From: Sandaracinaceae bacterium
Lineage (GTDB): Bacteria > Myxococcota_A > Polyangia > Polyangiales > JADJQN01
Length of the DNA stretch: 42,024 nt
Assembly: GCA_947483975.1 (NCBI GenBank)
Contig: CANKOL010000005.1
Coordinates: forward strand, 1 to 42,024
Direction: 5' to 3'
The translations under genes and the position numbers were made by a program. The stretch's first letter is position 1. Each line of letters starts with the position of its first letter. Positions 33,331-42,024 of the stretch are shown here, piece by piece. The notes beneath the pieces were generated by a model, which saw only the letters and a list, made by a program, of their open reading frames with translations, did not search any database and was not told the origin of the DNA.

Positions 33331-34296
33331 CTAGCGTTGGCTCGCGGCGCGGCGCAGGCGATCGGCGATCGCGGCGCCGAGCCCGCGCGCCTCGGGCAGC
33401 ACCGCGAGCACGACGTCCGCTCCGGCGTCATCCGCAGCGCGCAGCCTCGCGTAGAGGTCGTGCGCGAGCGCCTCGAGCGCGGCGTCGTCCGTCGGCGCCT
33501 CGAGCACGACGACGCGCGCGCCTTCGTCCTCGAGTCGCTCGCGCTCCGCGGCGAGCCCCTCCGTCGTGACGAGCAGCACTTGCGCGCGCGGCGCGTAGTG
33601 CGAGGCGAGCATCCCGGGCGCGCGGGTGTCGTTCGGCGCCGAGCCCATCGCGCCGAGCGCGAGGAGCCCATCGAGCGTCTCGCGCGGGATGCCGCCCTCG
33701 CGCAGCACGACGGGCGGCTCGCGCGTCAGATCGATGATGGTCGACTCGAGGCCGATCTGCGCGGGCCCTCCGTCGAGCACGAGCGCGACGTCCGCGCCGA
33801 GGTCTGCGCGCACGTGCGCCGCCGTCGTCGGGCTCACCGCGCCGAAGCGGTTGGCGCTCGGCGCCGCGATCGGCCCGCCGAGGGCCGTCACGAGCGCGCG
33901 CGCGAGCGGGTGCGAGGGCACGCGCACGCCGACGGTGTCTTGGCCGCCCGTGACGAGATCGGGCACCCAAGCCGCCCGCCGCAGGATCAGCGTGAGCGCG
34001 CCGGGCCAGAGCGTCTTGGCCAGCGTACGCGCCGTCGACGGCACCTCACGCGCCGCGGTGAACGCGCTCTCGGCGTCCGCGAAGTGCAGGATCAGCGGGT
34101 GCTCGCTCGGGCGCCCTTTGACCGCGAACACGCGCCGCAGCCCCGCCTCGCTGCGCGCATCCGCGCCCAGGCCGTACACGGTCTCCGTCGGAAACGCGAC
34201 GACCTCGCCCGCGCGCAGCAGGCGCACCGCCTCCTCGATCTCAGCCGCGCGAGCGGCGCCAGGCTGCGGCGGGGCGGGGCTCGGAGGGCTCGACAC
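33331..34296 (-). CDS. sua5: L-threonylcarbamoyladenylate synthase, Sua5 type (start uncertain)
   Basis: Motifs VAFPTETVYGLGADA, KGRPSEHPLI, WPGALT, AAPSAN, GLESTI, APGMLASHYAP, and a C-terminal SUA5 domain ending AIADRLRRAA. Confidence 0.93.
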   Translation of the reverse strand: MSSPPSPAPPQPGAARAAEIEEAVRLLRAGEVVAFPTETVYGLGADARSEAGLRRVFAVKGRPSEHPLILHFADAESAFTAAREVPSTARTLAKTLWPGALTLILRRAAWVPDLVTGGQDTVGVRVPSHPLARALVTALGGPIAAPSANRFGAVSPTTAAHVRADLGADVALVLDGGPAQIGLESTIIDLTREPPVVLREGGIPRETLDGLLALGAMGSAPNDTRAPGMLASHYAPRAQVLLVTTEGLAAERERLEDEGARVVVLEAPTDDAALEALAHDLYARLRAADDAGADVVLAVLPEARGLGAAIADRLRRAASQR

Positions 34297-34432
34297 GGCC
34301 GCAGGTTTGACACGCGGCGCCGCGCGCTGCACCCATGGTAGGCAGCGCGCGCGCAGGCCGCGGTCAGCGCGGGCGATGGGCGAGGGGAGCTTTTTGTCGA
34401 GCGGGGCGTAGGACGCTCCGATGAGGTGCTTC

Positions 34433-35458
34433 ATGCGCGGTTCGGTGTGCCTTTCCTTAAAAGTCGGTGTCTCCGTGCTCGCGGTCGTGCTCCTCGTGGC
34501 CGGCTGTACCGGCGGTCGTCGCCGCGGCGGCGGTCCCTACGTCCCGACCGATGGCGGCGGGAGCGATGGGCACGTCACGATGCCGGACCTCGGCCCCGCG
34601 CCCGACGGCTACGTACCCCCGGCGCCCGTCTGCGGCGACTGGACCGTGGACGAGGGCGAGCAGTGCGATGACGGCAACCGCACCTCCGGCGACGGCTGCG
34701 ATAGCTCCTGTCAGCTCGAGACCCCCGCGTCGTGCGGCGACTACACGGTCAACGACGGCGAGGAGTGCGACGACGGACCGTCGGGCTCGGAGCTCTGTGA
34801 CTCCGACTGCACGCTCGCGATGTGCGGCGATCGCGTCGTGAACTCGGCCGCGGGCGAGGACTGCGACGCGGGCTCGTCAGGCTCGGCGACGTGCGACCGC
34901 GACTGCACCTACGTCCTCTGCGGCGACGGGCTCCTCAACGCCGCGGCAGGCGAGGCGTGCGACGACGCCAACCCCTACGCCGCCGACGGCTGCTCGGCCT
35001 CCTGCGCGGTCGAGGCTGGCTGGACCTGCACCGGCGCGCCGAGCAGCTGCACGCGCATGGGCGGCGGTACCATCGACCGCTCCGCCTCGCCCGCGCTCTC
35101 GATCCCCGACGCCAACACGACCGGCGTCACGAGCACCATCTCGCTCACCGGCTCACCCGCGTCTACCTGCACCGTCGACACGCTCACCGTCGACGTCGAC
35201 ATCACGCACACCTACATCGGGGATCTCACCGTCACGCTGACGAGCCCCGGCGGCACTCCCGTCATCCTGCACAGCGTCAGCGGCGGCACGGCGGATAACA
35301 TCGTCGGGAACTACCCCACGACGCTGACGCCGTATGGTCTCCTCAGCGACGTCAGCGGTGAGCCTGCCCTCGGCACTTGGAGTCTGCACGTCGTCGACGG
35401 CTCGAGCACCGACACCGGCACGCTCAACACCTGGGGCCTGCACATCACCTGCATTTGA
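34433..35458 (+). CDS. Lipoprotein with myxococcal Cys-rich repeats and a C-terminal proprotein-convertase P domain
   Basis: Lipobox LVAGC. Four CGD...GExCD repeats. VDITHTYIGDLTVTLTSPGGT...GTWSLHVVD...DTGTLNTWGL. Confidence 0.85.
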   Translation: MRGSVCLSLKVGVSVLAVVLLVAGCTGGRRRGGGPYVPTDGGGSDGHVTMPDLGPAPDGYVPPAPVCGDWTVDEGEQCDDGNRTSGDGCDSSCQLETPASCGDYTVNDGEECDDGPSGSELCDSDCTLAMCGDRVVNSAAGEDCDAGSSGSATCDRDCTYVLCGDGLLNAAAGEACDDANPYAADGCSASCAVEAGWTCTGAPSSCTRMGGGTIDRSASPALSIPDANTTGVTSTISLTGSPASTCTVDTLTVDVDITHTYIGDLTVTLTSPGGTPVILHSVSGGTADNIVGNYPTTLTPYGLLSDVSGEPALGTWSLHVVDGSSTDTGTLNTWGLHITCI

Positions 35459-35485
35459 CCCCGCCGGGCTGATACGGTCGTTGCC

Positions 35486-36700
35486 GTGTCAGCCCCGCAG
35501 AATCCCGCGCGTCCGCTCGAGGGAGTGCGCGTCCTCGAGCTCGCGCAGCTGGTCGCGGCGCCGACGGCGGCTGCGCTCTTCGCGTACTTCGGCGCAGACG
35601 TCGTCAAGGTCGAGGAGCCGGTCGGCGGGGACCCGCTGCGCACCTGGCGCGAGCTCGACGATGATGGGACTTCGTTCTGGTGGCGCAGCCTCGCGCGCAA
35701 CAAGCGCTGCATCACGCTCGACCTCCGGCGCGCGGAGGGGCAGGCGCTCGCGCGGCGACTCGCGGCGCGCGCGGAGGTGCTCGTCGAGGGCTTTCGCCCG
35801 GGCACGCTCGAGGGCTGGGGGCTCGGCCCCGACGCGCTTTGGGCAGAGAATCCTGGGCTCGTCATCGCGCGCGTCTCGGGCTTCGGGCAGACAGGGCCGT
35901 ATTCTGCGCGACCCGGATATGCCTCTATCGCAGAGGGATATGGCGGACTCCGACACTTGACTGGAGTGCCCGGTGAGGCGCCTGTGCGCGCGAATCTCAG
36001 CTTGGGTGACACGCTCGCGGGCTTGCACGCGGCGCTCGGCGTCTTGCTCGCCTTGCGCACGCGCGACGCGACGGGGCGCGGACAGGTCGTCGACGTCGCG
36101 CTCTATGAGAGCGTGTTCGCGGTGCTCGAGAGTGTGATTGCGGACTACGCAGGCGCGGGCGTCGTGCGCGGCCCCTCGGGCAGCACGATCACAGGCATCG
36201 TCCCGAGCAACAGCTACCCGACGCGCGACGGGCGCTACATCGTGATTGGCGCCAACGGCGAGTCGGTGTTCAAGCGCTTGATGCACGCGATCGGTCGAGC
36301 GGACCTCGCCGAGGACCCGCTCCTCGCCGGCAACGTCGCGCGCGTCGCTCGGCAGCGCGAGCTCGACGACGCGATCGGCGCGTTCACCGCCGCGCGTGAT
36401 GCCGCGGAGTTGCTCGCGCTCCTCGACGCGCACGCCGTCCCCGTCGGTCCGCTCTACGACGCCGCAGAGATGCTGCGCGACCCACATTTTCAAGCGCGCG
36501 GGCTCTTCGAACAGGCGCGCGGCGAGCAGCGCGACTACACGGTCCCCGCGATGTTCCCGCGCCTCGCGCAGACCCCCGGGCACACCGACTGGGCAGGTCC
36601 GTCGCACTCCGCGCACACGCGCGAGGTGCTGCGCGAGCTCGGGCTCGACGACGCCGCGATCGACGCGCTCGCCGTGTCGGGCGTGATCGCGAAGAGCTGA
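35486..36700 (+). CDS. CaiB/BaiF family III CoA transferase
   Basis: Motifs PLEGVRVLEL, GADVVKVE, RNKRCITLDL, EGFRPG, SGFGQTGPY, LGDTLAG. Confidence 0.93.
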   Translation: MSAPQNPARPLEGVRVLELAQLVAAPTAAALFAYFGADVVKVEEPVGGDPLRTWRELDDDGTSFWWRSLARNKRCITLDLRRAEGQALARRLAARAEVLVEGFRPGTLEGWGLGPDALWAENPGLVIARVSGFGQTGPYSARPGYASIAEGYGGLRHLTGVPGEAPVRANLSLGDTLAGLHAALGVLLALRTRDATGRGQVVDVALYESVFAVLESVIADYAGAGVVRGPSGSTITGIVPSNSYPTRDGRYIVIGANGESVFKRLMHAIGRADLAEDPLLAGNVARVARQRELDDAIGAFTAARDAAELLALLDAHAVPVGPLYDAAEMLRDPHFQARGLFEQARGEQRDYTVPAMFPRLAQTPGHTDWAGPSHSAHTREVLRELGLDDAAIDALAVSGVIAKS

Positions 36701-36769
36701 CCGCCACTGAGCCGCCCCGCGCACAGCGCGAAATCGACGCGACGCCGCAAATCCGCGCTTGCACCGTCG

Positions 36770-36785
36770 TGTAACGTTTGTTACA
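36770..36785. promoter_or_regulatory. Palindromic operator, probably for the downstream TetR, overlapping a candidate promoter
   Basis: TGTAAC-gttt-GTTACA ending 9 nt before ATG 36795. TTGCAC at 36759 lies 17 bp before TACAAG at 36782. Confidence 0.6.
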
Positions 36786-36794
36786 AGATGGCCC

Positions 36795-38015
36795 ATGAAC
36801 AAGCTCGTCATTCTGGGTGGGGCTGGTGGGGTGGGTTCAGTGGCGGCGCGCGCGCTGGCGCACGGCAAGTACTTCGACGAGATCGTGCTCGCCGACGTCC
36901 AGGCGGACGCGGCTCGAGCGACGGCTGCGTCCTTCGGGGTGCCCTCGGTGACGGGCGTCGGCGTCGACGCCAGCTCGCCCGAGTCGCTCGCGGGCGTGAT
37001 GCGCGGCGCGCGCGTCGTGCTCAATTGCGTCGGTCCGTTCTATCGCTTTGGGCCGCCGATCCTCGCCGCGGCGATTGCGGCGAAGGTCGACTTCGTCGAC
37101 GTCTGCGACGACCTCGAGCCGACGCAGAAGATGCTCGACCTCGACGCCGACGCCGCGAAGGCGGGCATCTCGGCGCTGATCGGGATGGGCAATTCGCCCG
37201 GCTTGGCCAACGTCTTCGTGCGCCTCTGCGCCGATCAGCTGCTCGAGTCCATCGAGAGCGTCGACATCTTTCACCTGCACGGCGGTGAGCCCGTCGAGGG
37301 CGCCGGCGTCGTCAAGCATCGCATTCACGCGATGACCAACGATATCCCGCTCTTCCTCGATGGGAAGTTCGTCAACGTGCGTCAGCTCGAGGCGAGCGGG
37401 CAGGCCGTCGTCGCGCAGACCGAGTTCCGCGGGATTGGCACCTTCCCGACGTATCCATATCCCCACCCCGAGACGATCACGCTCCCGAAGTATCTCCCTG
37501 GGCTCAAGCGCGCGACGAACATGGGAGTGATCTTCCCGCTCTCGTACTTCCACCTGACCCAGGACATGGTGCGAGTCGGCGCGTGCACGACGACTCCCAT
37601 CGACGTCGGCGGACAGAGCGTGATCCCGCTCGAGTTTTCGGTCGCGCACATCCTCTCGCGCCGCGCCGCGCTCCTCGCCGAGGCGGGCATCACGGGACCG
37701 GGGGGCTGCCTCAAGGTCGTCGTCGCCGGGACCAAGCGCGGGGAGCCGAGGACGTACGTGTTCTCGCTCTTCTCGAAGACGGCGGGCGCCGGCGAGGGCA
37801 CGGGCATCCCCGCGGCGGTCGGCGCGGTGCTGATGTCGCGCGGGAAGATCACGCGCAAGGGCGTGTTCGCGCCGGAGGGCGGCGTCGATCCGCTCGAGGT
37901 GCTGCCGCTCGCGATGGAGATCGCCGGGCGCATGGGCGCCGCCGGCGGCGACTCGATTCACGTCGAGAGCATCGATGCGCACGGGGTCTCGACGCAGGTT
38001 CCGCTATCGTTCTGA
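36795..38015 (+). CDS. Saccharopine dehydrogenase family NAD(P)-dependent oxidoreductase
   Basis: Rossmann motif ILGGAGGVG, NCVGPFYRFG, FVDVCDD, GMGNSPG, HPETITLP, GVFAPE. Confidence 0.85.
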   Translation: MNKLVILGGAGGVGSVAARALAHGKYFDEIVLADVQADAARATAASFGVPSVTGVGVDASSPESLAGVMRGARVVLNCVGPFYRFGPPILAAAIAAKVDFVDVCDDLEPTQKMLDLDADAAKAGISALIGMGNSPGLANVFVRLCADQLLESIESVDIFHLHGGEPVEGAGVVKHRIHAMTNDIPLFLDGKFVNVRQLEASGQAVVAQTEFRGIGTFPTYPYPHPETITLPKYLPGLKRATNMGVIFPLSYFHLTQDMVRVGACTTTPIDVGGQSVIPLEFSVAHILSRRAALLAEAGITGPGGCLKVVVAGTKRGEPRTYVFSLFSKTAGAGEGTGIPAAVGAVLMSRGKITRKGVFAPEGGVDPLEVLPLAMEIAGRMGAAGGDSIHVESIDAHGVSTQVPLSF

Positions 38016-38017
38016 AG

Positions 38018-39541
38018 ATGGCGTATTTCCTCGGGCACGATCTCGGTACCTCCGGACTCAAGTCCGTGCTCGTCGACGAGCACGGCGTCGTCCACGCCTC
38101 GGCGGCGGCGAAGTACCCGCTCAGTCACCCGCGCCCGCACTGGGCGGAGCAAGACCCCGAAGACTGGTGGCGCGCCGTCTGCGACAACACGCGCGAGGTG
38201 CTGTCGACGGGCGGCGTCGCGCCGGAGGACGTCGCCGCGCTCACGTTCGCCGGGCAGATGCTCGCGCTCGTGCCGATCGGCGAGGACTTGAAGCCGTCGC
38301 GCCTCGCGATCAGCTGGCTCGACTCGCGCGGCGAGGAGCAGGCGCGGCGCATGGTGCGGCGGCTCGGAGGCGAGCGCGTCGTCGCGACCCTCGCGGGCGC
38401 CTCGCCGACGGGCAAAGACCTCGTCGCGAAGATGGCGTGGATCGCCGACGAAGAGCCCGCGGTGTTCGCTCGCACGCGCGCGTTCTGCGACGCGACTGGC
38501 TATCTCGTCTTGCGCGCGACGGGCGAGGTGCTCTGTGATCCGACGGCGGCGGGCGGCTTCGGGCTCGTCGATCTGGCGACGCTGCGCTGGTCGCGCCTGC
38601 TCGCGACGATCACGGGCGCGTCCATCTCGAAGCTGCCGCGCGTGGTCAAGAGCGCGACCATCGCGGGGCCGCTGACCGAGCGCGCAGCGGCAGAGTGCGG
38701 CCTCCGCGCGGGCACGCCCGTCGCCGTCGGACTCGCAGACATTCCTGCGGCGGCGGTGGGCTCAGGCGCGACGGAGCCCGGCGACGCGCACGTCTATCTC
38801 GGCACCTCGTCGTGGATCGGAGTGACGCTCTCCAAGGCGTTCGCGTCGCATCGACACGGGATCGCGTCGGTGCCCGCGGGCGACTCGAGCATGTTCCTGG
38901 CGATCGGGGAGTCCGAGACGGCGGGCGCGTGCGTCGCGTGGTTCGAGCGGGAGATCGGCATTGGCGCCGCGCCGAGCGCAGACGAGGCGTGGACCCTCGA
39001 CGCGCTCGTCGCGCGCGCGCAGCCGGGCGCCAAAGGGCTGCTGTTCTTCCCGTGGATGTTCGGGGAGCGCACGCCTGTCCCCGATACGCTGCTGCGCGGA
39101 GCGTTCGTGGGGCTCTCGCTCGAGCACGACCGCTCGCACCTCGCGCGCGCCCTGTTCGAGGGAGTCGCGCTCAACCTGCGCTGGATCCTCGAGGCGTTCG
39201 GCGCGCCCGGGCGCGAGTGCCGCACGCTCCGCGCCGTCGGCGGCGGCGCGACGAGCGATGAGTGGCTGCAGACGCTCGCCGACGTCACCGGGCGCAACGT
39301 CGACCGCATGGACAATCCGCGCTTGGCGGGCGCGATCGGCTGTGCGCTGACGGGCGCGGTCGCCGTCGGCACACTCCCCAACATGCGCGCCATCAAGCAG
39401 GTGATCGGCGTCTCGCGTCGGTTCTCGCCGCGCCCGGAATACGCCGCATTGCACGCCGCGCAGCTCGAGTCGTTTCGCGAGCTGTACTCGGCGCTCTCTC
39501 GCGCCGGGCGCCGCGCGGCCGCGTTCCAGCTGCCGAAGTGA
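38018..39541 (+). CDS. FGGY family carbohydrate kinase (xylulokinase-like)
   Basis: Motifs LGHDLGTSGLK, WAEQDPEDWW, ISWLDSR, YLGTSSW, GERTP, FEGVA, GGGATS. Confidence 0.9.
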   Translation: MAYFLGHDLGTSGLKSVLVDEHGVVHASAAAKYPLSHPRPHWAEQDPEDWWRAVCDNTREVLSTGGVAPEDVAALTFAGQMLALVPIGEDLKPSRLAISWLDSRGEEQARRMVRRLGGERVVATLAGASPTGKDLVAKMAWIADEEPAVFARTRAFCDATGYLVLRATGEVLCDPTAAGGFGLVDLATLRWSRLLATITGASISKLPRVVKSATIAGPLTERAAAECGLRAGTPVAVGLADIPAAAVGSGATEPGDAHVYLGTSSWIGVTLSKAFASHRHGIASVPAGDSSMFLAIGESETAGACVAWFEREIGIGAAPSADEAWTLDALVARAQPGAKGLLFFPWMFGERTPVPDTLLRGAFVGLSLEHDRSHLARALFEGVALNLRWILEAFGAPGRECRTLRAVGGGATSDEWLQTLADVTGRNVDRMDNPRLAGAIGCALTGAVAVGTLPNMRAIKQVIGVSRRFSPRPEYAALHAAQLESFRELYSALSRAGRRAAAFQLPK

Positions 39542-40137
39542 CGCGCGCGCCGCAGCAAGCCCGCGCCGAGGAGACGCGCCGCAACGTGCTCGACGCGACG
39601 CTGCGCGTGCTCGCGCGGGTCGGTCCGCACGGCGTCACGCACCGCGCCGTCGCAGCAGAGGCGGGCGCGTCGGTGCGCGCGGCGACGTACTACTTCGCGT
39701 CGCGCGACGAGCTTCTGCAAGAAGCGCTCGCGCACTACACGCGCGGGGCGATCGAGCGCTTTCGCCTGATCGAGCGGGCGCTCGAGTCGGCGGGCTCCAT
39801 CTCCGTGAACGACGCGGCGGACGCGCTCGCCGCCATCGTGCTCGCCGACGTCGTAGGCGACCGCGTCGGGCTGATCGCCGAGTACGAGCTCGCGCTCGAG
39901 GCGGCGCGCGCTCCCGCGCTCGAGCGGACCTATCGTGAGTTCCAAGCGGCGCTCGAGGCGATGTTGGCGACTCACGCGCGCGCGCTCGGCGCGACGGAGC
40001 CGAAGGTCGCCGCGAGGCTCGTGCTCGCGACGCTGCGCGGGCTGGAGATCGAGGCGCTCGCGCGCCCGTCGGAGAAGCCCGATCAGAAGGCCATCGCCAA
40101 GCTCTTTCGGCGCCTGCTCAGCGGGCTAGGCGACTGA
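39538..40137 (+). CDS. TetR family transcriptional regulator
   Basis: GTGA overlap with the kinase stop. HTH VTHRAVAAEAGASVRAATYYFASRDELL. Confidence 0.9.
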   Translation: MTRAPQQARAEETRRNVLDATLRVLARVGPHGVTHRAVAAEAGASVRAATYYFASRDELLQEALAHYTRGAIERFRLIERALESAGSISVNDAADALAAIVLADVVGDRVGLIAEYELALEAARAPALERTYREFQAALEAMLATHARALGATEPKVAARLVLATLRGLEIEALARPSEKPDQKAIAKLFRRLLSGLGD

Positions 40138-40153
40138 CGCTCGCGCTCAGTCG
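40131..40153. terminator. Hairpin between convergent tetR and GH25 genes
   Basis: CGACTGA-9 nt-TCAGTCG. The left arm contains the tetR TGA. No U-tract. Confidence 0.3.
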
Positions 40154-40185
40154 TGCCGACTCAGCAGCGCCGCTCAGCAGCGCCG
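40146..40185 (-). repeat. 13-bp duplication spanning the GH25 gene stop codon
   Basis: CTCAGCAGCGCCG at 40160 and 40173 (exact), plus degenerate CTCAGTCGTGCCG at 40146. Confidence 0.7.
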
Positions 40186-41718
40186 ACGGCGGGCCCGCAC
40201 GAGCCCGAGCGCGCCCATCAGCCCGAGCAGCGTCCAGAGGCCCGCGCCGCGCCCTGCGCCCGCCGTGACTCCGCAGCTGCAGCCGCCGTCGAGGTGCCCG
40301 TCGATGCGCAGCGTCGCGCCCGCGTCCGCGCCGGGGACGCTGCCGTCGAGCACACTCGGCGTGCCGCCGTCCGGGCCGACGGGAGTGCCCGAGTCCGTCC
40401 GCGACGTTCCGCCGTCGCTGATCGGCGTGCCGCCGTCGGTCGGCATCGTGCTGAGGCGCGTCAGTCGGACCGCATCGAAGCCCAGCATCACGCGGTCTGC
40501 GTAGGGCTCACCCGTCGAGTCGACGAGCTGCACCCATTGATCGGCGCCCGCGGCGAACGGAAGCTCGCCGAGCGACTGCCAGCCATCGACGGCGGTCTGA
40601 TCGAGAATGGCAGGGTCTTCGCGCCCCGCGTGTCGAATCGTGTAGGGCGCCTGCGCCGACCCGGCATACGGGGCGGGCGTGTACGCCTCGACGCGATAGA
40701 GGCCCGACTCCGTCAGATCGAGGTTCCAGGTCCCCGGGTTCTCAGTCGCAGTCGCGACGGCGTAAGTCCAGTAGACGTGCGCCCCGGAGCCCGTCCCATC
40801 CACGCTGCGCCAGCCCGTGCTCGGACCGCCCGGCACGAAGCAGACCTCCGTCTCCTCGACGACGCGCCCGGCCGGCGGAATCGGCTCGCAGATCAGGCAG
40901 TCTGCGGGGCAGAGCGCGTGAGTCTCGGCCGCGCCACACACGCCATCTCCGCAGACAGGAGTGGGATTCGCGAACGCGAGCAGCTGCTCGAAGGTGCCAT
41001 TCCATAGGTCGGTGTCCACGTTGCCGGAAATGCCCGCGATGGTCCCGGTCGAGCTCGTCTGGAAGAAGTCCCAGCGCGCCCAGGAGTCCGGGATCAGCGG
41101 GCAAACTGGCCCGTATTGCGGGATCCAGAGCGGATATCGCGCAAAGCCCGGCGGGTCGCCGACCTGATCGCGCCAGAAGTAATAGCCCGAGTAGATGATC
41201 GGAGTGCGTCCCGTCGCCGCCTCGACGTGCTCGAGCCAGGCGCGCACAGCCGTCGCGACCTCGGGGCCGGTGAGCCCGCCCATCGCCTCGACGTCGATGA
41301 CGGGCGGCAGATCGTCGGGCTCGAGCGTGCCCATGTTCGAGAGGAGCAGGTCCGCTTGCGCGATCGGGTCCTGATCGGGCTGAAAGAACTGATACGTCCC
41401 GCGGAGCACGCCGACGCGCCGCGCCTCGGCCCAGTTGCGCGTGTACTCGGCGTCGTAGGTCAGGACTCCGTGTGAGACGCGGATCAGCGCGAAGCGCACG
41501 CCGTCTCCCGCGACGGCGTCCCAGTCGATGGTGCCTTGCCAGCGCGAGACATCGATGCCGTCGACCGTCGGGCCGTCCGCGCAGACGCGGAGCTCCTCGT
41601 GTTGCGCGCCGAACGAAGGCTCGACCGTGCACGCGCTGAGCACGACGACAGCGAGCCAAACGCGCGACAGCGGCGCGACGGAGCGCGCGGCGAGGGAAGG
41701 GCGGGCGACGGAAGCCAT
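40174..41718 (-). CDS. GH25 lysozyme/muramidase with Cys-rich linker, golvesin-like beta domain and MYXO-CTERM tail (start uncertain)
   Basis: GIDVSRWQG, LPPVIDVE (DxE), TPIIYSG, GISGNVD. C-terminus GGCSC, hydrophobic helix, RARRRR. N-terminal lipobox-like VLSAC. Confidence 0.88.
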   Translation of the reverse strand: MASVARPSLAARSVAPLSRVWLAVVVLSACTVEPSFGAQHEELRVCADGPTVDGIDVSRWQGTIDWDAVAGDGVRFALIRVSHGVLTYDAEYTRNWAEARRVGVLRGTYQFFQPDQDPIAQADLLLSNMGTLEPDDLPPVIDVEAMGGLTGPEVATAVRAWLEHVEAATGRTPIIYSGYYFWRDQVGDPPGFARYPLWIPQYGPVCPLIPDSWARWDFFQTSSTGTIAGISGNVDTDLWNGTFEQLLAFANPTPVCGDGVCGAAETHALCPADCLICEPIPPAGRVVEETEVCFVPGGPSTGWRSVDGTGSGAHVYWTYAVATATENPGTWNLDLTESGLYRVEAYTPAPYAGSAQAPYTIRHAGREDPAILDQTAVDGWQSLGELPFAAGADQWVQLVDSTGEPYADRVMLGFDAVRLTRLSTMPTDGGTPISDGGTSRTDSGTPVGPDGGTPSVLDGSVPGADAGATLRIDGHLDGGCSCGVTAGAGRGAGLWTLLGLMGALGLVRARRRRC

Positions 41719-41806
41719 GGCGGAGCTTTGCATATCGGGGCGACCGGGGTCAGGGACCGTCATCGGCTCGCCTCGGTCGCTGCGGCCCAGCGCCGGCGAG
41801 GTCCGC

Positions 41807-42022
41807 TCAGCGGTCAGGGGCGGCGGACGCGTCCATCGTTCCAGCGTCGCGCGTGTTCGGCAGGAGCAAGCCGCGCGTGACGTGCGCGCCGAGCACGAAG
41901 CGCCTCTGCGCGGGCGAGAGCAGCTCGCGGGGCGGCACCTCGCGGCGGGCTGGCGCCGGTCCGCCGAGCACCTCCGCCGACGCGTAGAGCAGCGCCGCCG
42001 CGACCACCGCGGCGAGGACCGC
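41807..42022 (-). CDS. 3' end of a hypothetical, probably membrane, protein (5' partial)
   Basis: Frame is open to the window edge. Hydrophobic AVLAAVVAAALLYA. Confidence 0.45.
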   Translation of the reverse strand, partial: AVLAAVVAAALLYASAEVLGGPAPARREVPPRELLSPAQRRFVLGAHVTRGLLLPNTRDAGTMDASAAPDR

Positions 42023-42024
42023 CA

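Noticed and set aside
35880..36140. Slightly lower-GC patch inside the CoA transferase gene as a foreign insert
   Set aside because: The frame and family motifs run through it intact, no boundaries are visible, and the difference was not quantified.
40174..41718. Prophage endolysin
   Set aside because: It has host-type export and MYXO-CTERM signals, and no holin or other phage genes are nearby.

Overview
Very GC-rich chromosomal window, most likely from a myxobacterium (Myxococcota), judged from a MYXO-CTERM tail, myxococcal Cys-rich repeats, many lipoproteins and a Hanks-type kinase. It holds about 30 protein genes. I saw no rRNA, tRNA, transposase, integrase or cas gene. Housekeeping and metabolic genes include P5C dehydrogenase, purL, kup, a POT transporter, a phosphomannomutase, cyaY, Sua5, a CoA transferase and an enoyl-CoA hydratase. 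The most notable items are: (1) a biotin carboxylase / Cys-less thiolase-fold protein / DUF35 / carboxyltransferase / tandem-BCCP cluster facing an enoyl-CoA hydratase, a candidate carboxylate-hydrate-retroaldol pathway; (2) at least four unrelated short tandem arrays, each anchored on the stop codon of a gene; (3) a 61-bp palindrome-bearing repeat array upstream of a DUF2239 gene; (4) a lipoprotein YihQ-like GH31 whose sulfonate-binding residues appear replaced, next to a lipase-like lipoprotein; (5) a diadenylate-cyclase-domain gene convergent with kup; and (6) recurrent TAnnnT boxes 6-9 nt before start codons, suggesting leaderless mRNAs. Family calls come from motif recognition by eye, with no database search.
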